A DNA stretch of 60,000 bases from Botryllus schlosseri (Eukaryota): the NCBI GenBank assembly GCA_051294905.1, contig CM119371.1, positions 1,800,001-1,860,000 of the forward strand, read 5' to 3'. The position numbers were made by a program, and so were the translations under genes. The notes beneath the pieces were generated by a model, which was given only the letters and a program-made list of their open reading frames with translations, had not been told where the DNA came from and did no database searches. Positions 1-13,987 of the stretch are shown here, one piece after another. The stretch's first letter is position 1, and every line of letters begins with the position of its first letter.

Positions 1-530
1 TTGTTTCAAGATGGATTACATCAGACTCGAACATCCTGCTATTGCAACCTTTGATTTAATATCAAACACTAGAATCGAGCTCCTGTTACGCATCGAATTC
101 ATATTATGCCTGTAAGGACAGTATCAAATCATTTTTTACAATTACAGAGTTCTCTGTAACATAGTTTTGTTGTGGCTGCGCAATCTCTAATTTGTTTACA
201 ACAATGCATTTTCCAAGTACTTCGGCCGCGTGAGGCGAAACCAGTGATGATTAGTTCTTAAGAGTTTCGCCTGTGACTCATCACTATGGACGAGCTATCT
301 GCCCGCCTGAAAATTATCATCAATGTAGTGTACAGTTCATCGTTACGACAAGTATCAGCATAATATTTCAGTTGGTTGATGACAGATATTGGTGAAATAA
401 GCTCTATACGGATTGAGTCGACATTGCCATGTCATTGGGAGTTTATTTTTATACGAGTCGTGAAATACATATATTGTAGTTTTAACAGGTTTATATGTCA
501 TACATGGTAAGCAGGTTTATAGCTCTATAG

Positions 531-1574
531 CAGGGGTCACCAACCTTTTTGCAACCGAGGGCTACTTTTACGTAATGATTGAAGCGGCGGGCTACTATTT
601 ACTCCCGTCGTTTACCCGTGCAACACTGAATTTCCGCTTTGATATTCATAGCACTGGGCAGGACTGGACATCAGCATGTTATCTGTTTCTATAGCAGTCA
701 GTGGGAAGCCTGGCATTGTATGATATCAACTAGTGCGCTGTGCTCTGGTATTTAACTTGACACTGCAATTCTGAGTGAGTGTTCCAGATGTGCAATAATT
801 AGGCGTGTTTTGTGTTTGTTTTTGATGAAGTTTATGTCCGAAAAGGCTGATTCACAACGATAAGTTGAACCATAGACGCTTGCAACCTTCGTAGCTGCTG
901 CGCATAGACCACTGTACTTTTCCGTATCAATAATGCACCAAACGTTGCTGCACGGTGAGGTGGGGGTCATTTTGCAGTGTTACAATTTCAATCTCCTACG
1001 GTTCAGCATCCAGAAATGACAATACCGGACAGCAGCAACGATTCCGGAAAGTTAGAAACATGGTATATTAAACTGCGTTGATTGTAACAGAAACAAGCTG
1101 TGTCAAAAGATGCAATACGTAATGGGTATACAGATATTGAAAATCTGCTAGTACTTCACGGCTATCTGAGTCCGAATAGTAATATTGTTTACTACTGTGG
1201 CATTGTCCTGGTCGTCGAGCTATCATATCGGAACCGCCACCATTTCAAGAAGACCGTGGGGCATTCAGTCATGTCACCTGTATAGGCATTGCGCCGTACC
1301 ATGAATTTATGGTGATTCTATATCACATATCTATATAGGCCTATTGCTAATTGTAATAGAAGATAAGTGTTTATATATGTAAGTTACATGTTAGTGTGTT
1401 TTAAACAAGAATAGCTGAATCGATCGATCTATATATTTAAAAGTTCATTGGTAATAATCTGACGAATATTGGTAATTGCTGTTATTCCACCTATTTTTAG
1501 AATGGGCTCGCGGGCTACTCATTTAGTCCTCGCGGGCTACCTGGTGCCCGCGGGCACCGGGTTGGTGACCCCTG
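531..1574 (-). mobile_element. Non-autonomous hAT (Charlie/Buster-like) DNA transposon, internal deletion derivative
   Basis: TIRs CAGGGGTCACCAACC (531) and GGTTGGTGACCCCTG (ending 1574); perfect 8-bp TSD CTCTATAG at 523-530 and 1575-1582; subterminal GGGCTAC repeats; contains a transposase remnant. Confidence 0.93.
752..970 (-). pseudogene. hAT transposase C-terminal dimerisation-domain remnant
   Basis: Translation YGSTYRCESAFSDINFIKNKHKTRL..HLEHSLR matches the Charlie/Buster-type motif (F/Y)GSTYxCExxFSxMxxxKxKxRxRLxxxHL; lies inside the TIR element. Confidence 0.88.
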
Positions 1575-2289
1575 CTCTATAGTCTATATATATTTGAGTG
1601 GCAACTTAGCTGGGACACGCTACTTCATCATAATAAATTCTACTCAGGCTTTTGATTGAAGTGTGATATCAAATAATAATGAAAAAAGTAGCCAGTGGAA
1701 GATTCCATTGTAAAAAACAACTGCTGCAAAACCCCATAATGCTATGTTATCTTGTCGATATGTAAATATATTACATAATAAACATTAGCAACACTTCGCT
1801 TTAGCTGCTCGCAAACTGTTTTATGCCTTTGTGACGCTGTGTTCATAATAGCAGTATAGGTTATCCAATCGAGCATAAACAATACTAACTTAACAGTGCC
1901 TGTACCAGACTGCATACTCGTCACATATGCTGTAACTTACTGCACGAAGCTCGGGATTGCGTTACATCGCTGCGAACGGATTCCTGTGCGGTGTATGAAC
2001 TCACATGTATGCATTCTAAGCCGATGACGTGAGTATGCTTGCAATTGCTTCCGCTGTGCAAGCAACCCGATGGATTATCGAACTGAACTAGATAAGTAGC
2101 CTATGCTATCACTTTGCATTTCACTACAGATCTGCGATTCCACGCGCCTTAATAGCGTGACTGTTTATTCCAAGAATAAACATTTTTGAACTGCATCAAT
2201 GACGATATTTCATAGCTCACAATTACATATAGACCGTGCAACCTGAGGAAATGATAATCCACGTACACATTCATAAGATACAGTTTAAG

Positions 2290-2538
2290 GCCATATCAGT
2301 GGCGAGTTGTTTACTTGTATAATCCACAGCTGCAATGGCAATGGATTGAGGATTCGAGTCCGACCGTGGTGTTGGAAATTCATCTAGGTTTTCCTTCGCC
2401 ATATCAACCCCTTAAAAGCCTAGAAGTGGACCGTGCTATATAAGGCGGCAGCTACTGAATAAAAATGAAGGAAATTGGCCTGGTGTAAATGACCAGAAAA
2501 GTCGACAAACACCATGAATACCACGAACAACAAGAAGG
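2290..2538 (+). mobile_element. Putative tRNA-derived SINE copy
   Basis: B-box-like GGATTCGAGTCC near 2350; 3' end GGCCTGG...CAAACACCATGAA(T/C)ACCAC(AAC)n shared with a second copy at about 21290-21505. Confidence 0.6.
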
Positions 2539-2613
2539 CTATATTGTTTATAGGTAATATAAATGTATAAACCGTATCAGTTTATTCAAAACTATATATA
2601 CGAGATTTGTTAA

Positions 2614-5137
2614 AGGTCAACTGCATCTTCAAAAAGACTTTCCCTTATTTCGTACATTATGTGGCTATAGGAACATGGATAAAATAATAAAAATTGCGAA
2701 TACTCAATAGTTTGGTCGTAATTTAATTTACAAATAGAAAAGCCATAAAACGGAAACGAAATCATTCAACCATGAAATGACGTCATGTAACTGACACGAC
2801 AAGTCCTGGTAAACAGAAAGGTATACATTTTGGTCAGATATAGGGATTGATTATACACTTTTTGCTTTGGATTTGGGTCTTTTAGCGTGGTCATGAAAGC
2901 TGTAAAGAAGATCAGGCATCGAGGTAGATGTCATGTAGCGTATGGTTGATACTCTCACACGTACTGCCGGTTCTCACTTCATATTCTTGCAACAACAAAA
3001 TTATGGAAAGAAGATGTCAGAGGAATGCTATAAACCTACTAAGTGTCTGGAATCGGTAAGTGGAAATGTATTGTGTCGGCCAGTATTGTAAGAGTGTAAC
3101 TAACCGTTTCTTCTTGTACTTATATTGTTTTCACTCGAGTACATGTAGAAACAATTATGCCTTCAAAAACTTATGAAGTATAAGTGTAGTAGTCTGAAAT
3201 AAATCCACTTCACTGATTGAAAAAGTAGGGGCTTTACTTACTGAAAATGGAGTCTATGACCACTGACCAGCCTACTTCAGAACGGTTACGTGGCTAACCA
3301 GCTTTTTATGGAAAAGGTATACTCTTATTTTTGAAAATGAAATTCTGTTTGTTTAGTCGTATAAGTCATTTTATTTACTGAATGGGTAGTGTCAGATATC
3401 CCTGACTGAACACCTCTGGTAGTCGTTACTAGCACTACATCGATTTAGGCTTTATCTTCGAAAACAAGTTTTCAAGGAAGAACAAAAGGTGGTACACGGA
3501 AGAGATACACGTTCTCAAACTCAAAATCATTCACTGATGAAGCTGTTTGAGCCGGAAAGCCTGCATGTCATGTCGGCAGCAAAAGTTAGAGGATAATATC
3601 GATGATCCATTGATATATCGTAATCTGTGTAGTGCAGTTTGAATGTTAGGTACTGTGTAATATTATGGCTGTTCAAAACAACCCTTATCAGATTTCAAAT
3701 GCATTTTTGTAGGATGAAGTTGGCAATCCTTCATTCTAATGAATCATTAAGATACATTTGGTACACTGCCTTCAATCTGACAACATTTGGTATACTGCCT
3801 TCAATCTGACTGTTACCAAAACTTTGTAATATACTTTTACCTGTTCTAGATTACTTCAATGAAAAAGTTGAAGCACTCATCAAAACAAGATCAGGAACGG
3901 CGGAGTTGCCCAATTCTATTGAGATTGTTCATCCTCATGCGACTACTGACGTATTCAAAATTAGCTGGGACAAAGCTATTGCCAAACACAAAACCTGATA
4001 TATTTCTCTCCCTTAGTCAGTAGTGGTCCGGATGGATTAGTTATGTTGCATTTATTATTTTCAATAAAACTATTCATTCACAAGGAAGCATTGCAAAATT
4101 GAAATCTCTTGAAAGTATTGGATGAGAATTTTGATCAGATGGCGGTAACAACGCGCGCAGTAAGGATTCTTCGTTTCGTTGTTTTTACGTTTCGTTGTTT
4201 TTACGTGGGATCCACAAGGCCGGCGAACAAAATTTCTCTACGCAGTGTTTCGCAGCTTCCTGAAAAGTATAATTGTTGTGTTAGGAAATTATTTGGCAGC
4301 TCACTCGACGTTTCATTTGAATTAGACTCATTTACTCATGCATCGAATGAGGAGTCTAATTCTGTGGCCATATTCCTGTTGATATCCACAGTAAGTCATG
4401 TCCAATGCATCAACATCAGGACACACTGATTGAAATGCTGTGATGCATTCTTCTGTCACTTACTCGGGGGGACCTTCTTGCTGCATAAACTCTCCCTAAT
4501 ATTTATCATAAGCTGACAACCTCCATAGTCCATACTGACACCTGTAATTGATAATACCAAGATTCCTAACTGTAAAGAGGTGATACACACTAACTCACAA
4601 ATACCACTAGAGACAAGCGGCTTACGTTGAACAAGCTATAGGCTGATCATACTATTGATTACTAACCTCCTTCGGTTAGTGATGTATAATCACACGCAAA
4701 AGACCTATCGTTATACGAAGCTGCTAGGGGTTCCACTGATGTTGGATGGAGCGAATCAACACCAGAAACGCGTCTGCATTTATACATTATTTTCGTAGGT
4801 AAGTGCAAAAGGTATACTTACATTCGACATCTGAGAACTCAGACTCATTTTCAATATCCCTTGACGAATCCGTTACAAGCAAAACCTCCGCCATCAACTA
4901 AAATAATCGCCCTGCGATTGGGAGTACACAAACATCTGCGGTGGTTAGAAGAGATGTCATGTACCTGACGTCACAATGCACATTCTGCTTTTTCGATAAA
5001 CAACCCAATATTGAGACTTTCAGTCCAAATTACGGCCATTTCCGATTAGTTTGAAATACGTAAAGTCGGCAATTTCGGTATAAAAAATAATTCTGAACAT
5101 GATTCCGCAAAGTTGTCTATGAAGATGCAGTTGACCT
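2614..5137 (+). mobile_element. Kolobok DNA transposon relic
   Basis: 18-bp TIR AGGTCAACTGCATCTTCA / TGAAGATGCAGTTGACCT; TTAA TSD at 2610-2613 and 5138-5141; weak transposase-like fragments on + (TTDQ..., WQSFILMNH) and a convergent KolX-like remnant on -. Confidence 0.85.
4382..4541 (-). pseudogene. KolX-like (Cys-rich accessory protein of Kolobok) remnant
   Basis: After a TTACAG acceptor the minus strand reads CQYG/GCQLMINIRESLCSKKV ... EECITAFQSVCPDVDALDMTY, matching the pattern CxCGxCxxMxxxxESxCC ... CITxxxxFxxVCL; frameshifted. Confidence 0.7.
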
Positions 5138-6191
5138 TTAATGACTTAAGGTGAATACGGAACACGTTAGCAGTCTATAGAAAATATTTACATTGGCATA
5201 AATCAGGGGTTCCTGGGCAATCTATGGTTCTTTTGATGACATATGACTCTCAGATAAATATAAAATGTGATTTATTAAGTATTATTGAAAATCAAATTGA
5301 AAGCAAAATCGTAATCTCTTCCAAATCTGCTTTGTTATTCTTCATCAGAAATACACATTCGTGATGTACTTTGCACGGTATACATACAACGCATGCAACG
5401 CATCGCCTGACTTTCTATGATTCTCATAAGGTAAATACTAGTGAAACGAATTGAGGAATATCGACTGCATCTAATATCGAAATTTCAGATCAGTCGAGTG
5501 GTAATGACTTGAGTAAGTGACTAGACTTTTCTCGACTCGAGAATAAATTTGTGTATTGACTGGACTTGTACTCGAGTCACTACACATGACTCAACAAGTA
5601 ATAAAACTCAGGACTCGGACGGCCTAGAGAGGCATTTCGTTGTAACTTCGAAAAATAGTAGCCTGCGCTACCGCATAATGCTAGGCAATAAATAGCCACT
5701 GAACATAGTTACAATAAGGTGAGCTGAACATAATTGACCTTGAAAATGAACAGGTAACACAATGACTTGGACTCGAGTCTCAACACTGTGACTATGGACT
5801 AAAACCTTTGAACCATGACTATGACACGGACTTGGCTCGGTGGTGATTTGAAAATGACTCGACTTGACTCGAGTCAAAACGGCGTTCCAATTATTCGCTA
5901 CAAAGCCCGAATTCAATGGCTGTAACTAAGTCACATGGTTCCAAGTCACAAGTCAATCTTACTTTTCTGTTATTAATGGAGTCGAGTCATTTTGAAATCA
6001 TAATCGAGTCAAGTCTAATTCGTGGTGGAAAAGGTCGCGCCCGAGTCTAAGAAATTGTGTCCACTGTTCAGTTTCGAGTTCAAGTCATGTTCAAACCAAT
6101 TTTTTACAACTCTGTTCGAGTGGTATTGAATGCCTCACATTCATAATGTGCTGATTTCTGTCATTCTCAACAATTTCTGACCACTATTTTG

Positions 6192-7131
6192 CAGTGTTGG
6201 GATGACTCGAGTCAACTTTTTCGTATGACTTGACTTGACTCAAGTCACTGTGCCAAAATGACTTGACTTGACTCGGCACTTCAGAAATGTGTATTGACTC
6301 GTGACTCGGAGCAAAATTCACGAGTCAATTTCAGGTCATCAAGTAAACTGGCTCGATTAAATATATGTGTGTTGTGTATGTTAGGATTGTTTGCGATACG
6401 CCGATGTCACTTGTGAGAATAACCATTCATTCACTGATTGTACATTTCACTGATCCTCCCTAGTTACATCACAAATAAATTGACCGCAAAAGAAATGATC
6501 ACAGCTTACGTTGTGGTAGTAGTAGATTAATATAATTCTAATAGCAACGCATCTCTGTTTCTTAGACGGCCCAGTGCTCACCTTTACCAATCCCATTGTG
6601 TGATTTAAATCGAACGAATATAGTTTATGCGTCTATAATCTCACGGATGTGTAGATGGATGGGTAGTGTATCGTACGACATCCATTTGTTTCAACTTCCC
6701 GAGGATTCGAATACGATCCTCAATTTGGGATGATAATAACAGACTGTAGCGTGGAGCTCTACAGTTACTCACTTATTTTATTATGCGTGCGTGACACACA
6801 CATGTGTGAGTGACACAACATATTTTTACATGTATTCAATTTTATATTCGTTATTTCATTCAGGATAAATAGCCTTAATCTGTCCTTCACGCAGCTAGCA
6901 AAATGTGATGACTTTAAATCATCACTCATGCTTCGAAAATTCAATTTGACTTGAACTGTGACTTGACTTGTGACTTGACTTGACTTGACTCGAGTCCCCT
7001 CCAAAAATCGAGTGACTTGACTTGACTCGAGTCACCTTCGAAAATCGATTGACTTGACTTGACTCGAGTCAAAATGTGCAATGACTTGAGATGACTCGTG
7101 ACTCGAAGTAAGTGACTTGATCCCAACACTG
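6192..7131. mobile_element. hAT-type MITE, family A (CAGTGTTGGGAT termini, GACTCGAGTC/GACTT subterminal repeats)
   Basis: Termini CAGTGTTGGGAT...ATCCCAACACTG; perfect 8-bp TSD CTATTTTG (6184-6191, 7132-7139); nested in an older family-B copy (about 5920-6190 plus 7140-7310). Confidence 0.92.
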
Positions 7132-7329
7132 CTATTTTGTTGTACAAGTACTGATAGACAAAATAACAATAATGTGGATCTCTACTATTGTTCGAGGTTA
7201 CAATGAATATGCTTGTCTCAACCATCCTAGTTTTGAGTCATATGACTCGGTTGAATCATGCGCAATGACACAAGTACTAGTCGAGTCGATTCACAAAAGG
7301 ACTAAGTCAAGTCGGAGGGTGTTTGTAAC

Positions 7330-7722
7330 CAAGATGGTCAAACATTCTGCCTCTGCCAGGAAGGAATTTGTTTGATTTTTTTGGCATCTCCTGCGAAGCC
7401 TGTATGTTCTCATCGTCCTTTTTATCTCGATACTTTTGCTCCACAATCTAGTTTCCCGATGGAATTTTCCGTTTCCTATGATTCAGTTAAGGAAGTTTTT
7501 CACCGCTGGCCGTCGGGCGGAAGCTGCCTTGAAATGGTAGTCGTTTGTCAGTGGTATGTTTTTTTCTCGTGAGTGGCCGAATCTTCCAATGACTTCCTCT
7601 TGAAATGTTGTCGGTTGGTACTCAATTTGGGATCGGCATCATTCGACGAGTCAAATTCCTCTTTTTTTCTTCTGCTTTGTGAGAAATGTCACTTCACCTG
7701 GTCTTTCATTTCGAGCGCTTTC
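7330..7722 (-). pseudogene. Possible decayed C-terminal exon of the RBM28-like gene
   Basis: CTTCTAG acceptor, then a K/E-rich reading (ESARNERPGEVTFLTKQKKKEEF...HTGFAG) with several stops; lies downstream of the RRM4 exon on the same strand. Homology is weak. Confidence 0.4.
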
Positions 7723-9149
7723 CTAGAAGATAGGAATCGGTTGATTTGACCGGAAAAATAGCCGCAGTATCACAGAAAATTGACATACTTTAAGAAATCT
7801 GAATCAAGTGCTAATTCAAATGCTTTGAGTCGAGTATTGAGAGACGATTTTTACGAGCACTGATATTATAAGCTCGTTCATACTATAGAATTGATTAACC
7901 GATTGGCACTGGCAGTTTTCTCCAAAAATTTTGCTGCACTTTTCAAAACTGAAAAACAAGACACCAATGGCATACATTGTTGGACTCAGAATGACAGCGT
8001 CTAACCCACTACACCACGAAACGAGACGAGAGCAGGTCCGCCACCCTTGTATATAATCGAGAAGACTAGAAAACTTTTCTGTAAAAATGGACATGTTTTG
8101 GTTACTTCCTTATAGATTCCACTACGAATACCTACCGCTAATTTGTACCTGCTGTTCACTGCAACAGAGATAACGTCTTTCGAACAAGGCACAAGTGACC
8201 GATTTTGCTCAACTTATGCAATCGATACTACAGATCGTTTGACCGTAAACCGTAGTCTGGTTCATGCGTCAGTCAGGTATTTAATATGAAGTAGAGCCGG
8301 CATTATAATCTTTCTGGTCATGGAATGTACATATTTGCACTTCCAACATTTTCCATGCTGTTATGATAAACATACTCATGAACACAACGGGGATATTGTC
8401 AGTGGCCATCAAATCTCACAAAACATCATGTTTCAATCATGAGTGACAGCATCTCAAAATCTATTCGGGTGGCCTACAAGTTCTAAATATCATTAAGAGT
8501 GGATTGTCTCACATACTTTTTCATGCCTCAATGATTATGATATTCTTGGCTGGCCCGCCAATTTGTACAAGCTACCGATCTAGATAGTCGCCGGTTAAGT
8601 AACAACTGGTTTTTTGACTAGTTCTAGTTAGACATTTTGAAAAGTGTGTAGTTTTAGTTCAGTAGTTCATTAAATAGTTGCCAACATCTAGAAAACACGC
8701 GTCATCATTTGGCGTAAATCTTGATGTAAACATCGTGATGTAAACCTCAGAGACCTCGTCACTACAGAGACTGGCGTAGCCGGGTTGTTTGGGGTTGAAA
8801 GCTTTCCCATTATACGTAGAAACCTTATTTTAGAAGTGACAATTCTGCATCCAACATTACTCATCTCGTTTGCGATTCAGTAATTTGTATTATCGGTGCT
8901 GCCGATTATCGACAATCGACAGTGCATAGCGGCATGCGATCTAGTTGTTAGTGGCAGATCTTTTATGGTCGAAGTTCACGTTACCGATCTCGAACACCCA
9001 GCAGTTTGTAGGAGTCTGTTGGTATATAATATTTTAGGAAGTGGGTAGTGTTTTATCATTGGCCGAATGATTATGATCAAGTGTTGTAAAGGAAAAATGA
9101 TACCATATAATGAAACAGAAAACGAGTAAAGTTTATGTCAAAGTCACAA

Positions 9150-9413
9150 AATGTCCGCTTTACTTGAAGCTTTACCTGCTTTCCAATGTATATCAACTAT
9201 GGGATTGGGCATATTGATCGTTCCAAAGATCCCAGAACTGTTATTAAAACTCTTCGAAGCTTTTAAAGCGTTCTCATGCTTGGTGAAGTTTATGAATGCG
9301 TATCCGAGCGACCTTCTGACTTCATCTTAGCTGAAAGTCTTCAGATCTCGCATCTCTCGAGAATCCGTGATAAGTGCGCCGCGTCGATGTTTGAAATGGG
9401 ACAGGAGAAGCTC
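9150..9413 (-). pseudogene. RBM28: RBM28/Nop4-like pseudogene exon (RRM4)
   Basis: TTTTCAG acceptor, then ELLLSHFKHRRGALITDSREMRDLKTFS*DEVRRSLGYAFINFTKHENALKASKSFNNSSGIFG..PIV, collinear with RBM28 RRM4 as I recall it (ECRVMRDLK...[36 protein letters not shown]); in-frame stop; 3' end approximate. Confidence 0.88.
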
Positions 9414-10158
9414 CTGAAAACATAATGAAATCAGTTTAATGAAGTAGGCCTACTCTTCATAGAGTACATGAGTTAGTCACACAAAACTGCTACAAACAAA
9501 ATATAGAACAGCGATTCTCTACCTTATCAGCCTGTGTACTGGTAAATTTCCCAAAATTAAGGTCAACACAGAATGTAATGACGACAACAGCATGCAATTT
9601 AAAACCAAGAATTTGAATTGCAACAAAATGAGAAATTTGCTACTGTCCGTTTGATATCACACCTGTTATAACAGGTCTCATTGAAGATTCTGGAAGAAGG
9701 GATAAAACCAACAACTCACTCTTGACCGTTTGGTGTATTTTGAAAGAAATGCTACTAACTGCTTACCAGATGAACAATACTTGTTAACATTACTAAATGA
9801 TATTTACGAATTTCGTCAAATTTTGGAAAGTCTTTATGACTCATGACTGGTCTCACACGAGTTGTAGGCTTCTTTAAACTTTGGTACAGTACTTGCAGCA
9901 TTGTTGGCTGCAGAATTCCAGGTTAGCATACGGAATCGTCAGGTCAAAAAAAGGTTAAGTACCACTGCTCTAGTCATTTTTGTATACTGACTTGACGATA
10001 ACACTTCATAGAACACACACATATTTCAGCACCGAAGTCGTGTCCAGTAATTCTCAGTTTATCGATAGACTAGTGTCATAGCTATGGATCAAAATTGTTT
10101 ACATGACAGATCGAATACTCTCAACTGATGCTACTTTTTCCAGGTTTTTATGCAGGGA

Positions 10159-11002
10159 CAGTGGTTCTCAACCTTTACTAACCCGGTGAACCGTTACATT
10201 TATCCGAAAGCATTTGGAGAGCGCCATATTTCCGTCGAGTCACAAAAAACCTACCACCTTACACATCTAAATACACCACTTCAGAATACTGGTTCACTAT
10301 ATCAACTGTGCATTACCATCAATGTTGAAGGAAAAAATCCTTTAAACATGATCATCACAGAAAATATATTACAGTAAATCATTTCGACTTGTGCTGTATG
10401 AGTCGGGTGTGTGTTTTTACTTCCGGTGAACCCTGAGACTGGCTCAAAATGACTTCGACAACTAGATCATTTTGGTTGTCTGATTACACTAATTAGAGGA
10501 AAATGTCGGTAATCTAATTCAAACATAATTCGTGAAATGTTTCTTTGCTCTAATTCTAATTCTAATTTCTAGTCTTTCCGAAAATGCTACAGGAGAACTG
10601 TATCGCGCGAAACGAATCAAGCACAGTGTGCAGACATTTGTCAGTCACATGCTTATGAGACTGAGGTCTGATCTAATAATAACTGGACTTCATTCCATGT
10701 CCAAGTTTTTGCGAATTGCGTAATTCTAATACAATCTAATTTGGAACAACTGTGTAACTGTGTGACTTTAAGTATAGTGTAATTTGGGAAAAAACCTGTC
10801 TAGTTATAATTCGGATTCTAGTCTAAATTGGAAAAATAACTTTGCAGCTATAACTCTAATTTTAACCTAGTTTGTAAAAAAAACTGTACATATACCATTC
10901 TAATTCCAAATTTAATTGCTAAAAGTTGAAAATAATCTAGTTGACCAAGTCTGGCTCATAGAACCCCTGTTGTTATCGTGTGAACCCGTTTAGGAACCAC
11001 TG
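10159..11002. mobile_element. hAT-like MITE containing a nested CTAATT-repeat MITE (about 10450-10952)
   Basis: CAGTGGTTCTCAAC...GAACCACTG termini; inner element ends AGTTGACCAAGTCTG and has related copies at about 26520-26714, 29606-29723 and 42617-43145. Confidence 0.65.
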
Positions 11003-11049
11003 CTCTAAGTTAAATACAAAGCATGCTCATAGTTGTGATTCAGACATAC

Positions 11050-11217
11050 CTTCAACTTTTCACCGTCCACACTACTAGGAAGATTGTCAAACATAAGTGA
11101 AGTTGTAGAGAAAAAAAACCATTAGAAGTGTGTCTGTCTGTTCGGCCCGTTTTGCATTGTTGATCTTTTCACGTTTCTTCCATTCTATTGCGTTAAGACC
11201 GTCCGAGGCTTGTGTTC
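11050..11217 (-). pseudogene. RBM28: RBM28-like pseudogene exon (linker and start of RRM4), copy 1
   Basis: AG/GT-bounded; GTQASDGLNAIEWKKREKINNAKRA.../...STTSLMFDNLPSSVDGEKLK versus RBM28 GTKAAEGVSAADMAKRER...[20 protein letters not shown]; frameshifted. Confidence 0.85.
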
Positions 11218-11659
11218 CTACACATAAAACTACTGATGGTCGCTGTAGTCAGGATTGCAATTTACTCCAATTGCTAATTGGAGGTGGCTATTTTCGAAGT
11301 ATACTCTCGATTATAGCAAAATGATTCATGACAATATCACACAATATAAAGGTAGAATCTTGGAAAAGCATTTTCAATTACCGCGACACAGGGGGCTGTA
11401 ATTCACTAAAATAAGTGTTGTAACTAATTCAAAAAATACTTTCTACTTTTCAAATCCAAATGCAAAAGTAATTTCTGCAGTTTGATCGGGAAGTAGAAAT
11501 GGAAGTAGTCACAACATAACCTAATAATTAGTTCAAGTAGGCAAAAACTACAGCAGACCAGAACTTTAAGTTGAAACAGAGAGCGTGAACTTTCTAAGTA
11601 GGTAGATAATAGCGGCAAAAATTAGCCAAAAAGTTTGAGAACCACTGGACGATGTCCAG

Positions 11660-12259
11660 TAGGGTGGTTCAAAAATAACTTATTTTCCAGGGATTCACTG
11701 ATTAAATTGTTAGGTTGCATAAAAAAATGCTTCCCGTCAAATTTGGCTCGATTCCAACCAATGAAAACTGACACAGAGTCAATTCAAATTCTTTAATTTA
11801 TGATAAAAACTTGAAAATAAATTTTGAAATTTTACTCTCAACCCTATAAAATTGTTAAGTTGCCTAAATGAACGACGTGCAACAATTTTTGCTCGATTCC
11901 AACGGGTAAAAGCGAAGTTATTACAGTTGAAATTTTAAATTTGCAAACATACCATTGACGGCGGGAAAACCCAGAATTATGAATGAAAAAGTCAAATAAC
12001 TTTGTTTCTACGTCTTGAAGTTGCGTCAAATTTGTTTTTCATAGTTTTCTTAGACAACTCAACAATTTCATAAGGTTTACAGTCAAATTTGAAAAAAAAA
12101 TTGATTCATACCTTAAATAAATTTCAATTGTCCCGGTGTCGGCCTCTACTGGTAAGAGAATTCAGCAAAATTAGGTGTGCAGCGTTTTTTTAGGCAAATG
12201 AACAATTTAATTAGAGGATGCCCGGGATCCTGAAAAAAAGATATATTTGATCAACCCTA
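11660..12259. mobile_element. Palindromic MITE, family C (TAGGG...CCCTA, internal ATTCCAACC motifs)
   Basis: TAGGGTGGTTCAAA...TTTGATCAACCCTA; related full or partial copies at about 19598-20090, 26235-26520, 28573-29131, 47460-49005, 54132-54998 and 57007-57330. Confidence 0.7.
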
Positions 12260-13357
12260 ATGTTTAATCATACGGGAACTATACCGGTTGGATATTATGA
12301 TGATTCATATGATACAAATGTATCGGAACGTTACTTTGATAAAAATTTTTATTCAAAAGTATATTATACCGTGCCATGCCAAGACCGCATTGCAGGACTG
12401 CCAAATACACTACGATTTTAAATATCAATTTCAGAAACGGAACAAGTTATACGCCAGCTCATTAGTTGTTGAATTGATTTAGAAATTCGGAGCAAATTTT
12501 CCACATTGTGTTATGACACCGTTAATGACCTGCTTTCGATTTGGCATGCATCGCAATTTACAATACTGCAATTGCTGTACCATACTGTTTAAAAGTAGCA
12601 TACCCTACAACTGGTTCAAGGATATTTACATGTAAAACTTAAAGCTGTGACCAATTTACAAGGTTCCGAGTCACAGGTCCAATTAACTGTTAGGCTATTA
12701 CTTGGACTCAAGTCAAGTCACATCATTTCCAATTCACCACCGAATCAAGACCGACTCCACATCAGGGAGCAATACGCCGAGTCTGAGTCATTGTGTTAAA
12801 ACTCGAGTCCGAGTCCAAGTGATCGTATTTATTATGCAGTAAGAGTTAAATCAGGTTGAACTCTTGGGTGATATCTTGGGTCGACTCATGCGCAAAGACT
12901 CAAGTACAAGTCACGTAAATACAGAAATTGTCTCGAGTCGAAGTAAGTCATTTTGCGTTTTTAAGAAAATAACTTGAGTCAAGTTAAGTTGAACGAAAAA
13001 TTGTGACTCGAGTCATTGCAACCCTGCCAAAACCTACGAAGACTTGTTGAAAATTGTTATTTTTTTACTGTCCTATTTTGAGACATCTGAGGGTATGAAC
13101 AAGTCCAGCCCACAACAAGGTTGCAATAATTTGAAAATAAATCAAAGAATAAAGTGATTTTAACGGGACTTACGGTAACTTCAAAAAACTCAAGATGACA
13201 CTAGCCACTTATTATATGGAACTTTCAGATATCCACTATAAGTTGCACAAAATTGCCATAAATACATGTTGGTATGATTTCTATTTTTGATTACTGGTCT
13301 AGAGTACGTCAGCACCACAATACTGACTAGATTGAACTGAATATTGGATCTCACTAT

Positions 13358-13457
13358 CTGGTCGTACTATACCTTCCTTGCCGAGGTTCAAATTCCTTTT
13401 GTTATTGATTTCATTTTTTTGCTTCTTCTGTTGACCGATCATTCCATTCGGGAAGCC
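13358..13457 (-). pseudogene. RBM28: RBM28-like linker exon, copy A
   Basis: GFPNGMIGQQKKQKNEINNKRNLNLGKEGIVRP versus RBM28 RNLYLAREGLIRAG; acceptor intact, donor mutated from GT to AT. Confidence 0.8.
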
Positions 13458-13987
13458 CTGAAATGGCAGTCAACCGCACGGTCAAAGCCAGACTTGTACA
13501 AATTCTCAGTCTAGTTCGGGTATTTAGTAGTTCTAAATGAGGATTTCGAAAAGTGAGCAGTTCCAGTTGTGCATCTTTAATATAATTCAGTTGTAAAACA
13601 ACCAGAAAGCAGGTGTTATCGTTCGGTGTTTTGTTGTTATGTGTTATTGCAGCCCTCGCTAGGTCAGAGTCATAGCTTCTGACAGTGGTGTAACCAGGGG
13701 TGGGTTTTGTGGGTACAACCGCCTCTCATTTCAAGTTCGAAACACCTGCCTTTGAAAATGCCGGTTCTATCTCCAATATTTCTCAGCTAATTTGCAATTC
13801 AGTAGTTTGATTTATTTATAATTATTAGCTGTTTTAATTAGGATTGTTAAGGTTGCTGTTTATAGATTAGTTGAAGATGTGAGTTTTGCAATGTCAATAC
13901 AAATTTTGTAAATCCAATAGTTTGTACTTAATCCAGATGCAGCACCGCAATAGTGGATCAAAATTAATCATGGACGCAATTACATAC

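Noticed and set aside
7975..8030. tRNA-like start on the minus strand (GTGGTGTAGTGGGTTAGACGCTG)
   Set aside because: Only an A-box/D-arm-like part; no T-arm GTTCGA and no acceptor stem, so at most a SINE or tRNA fragment.
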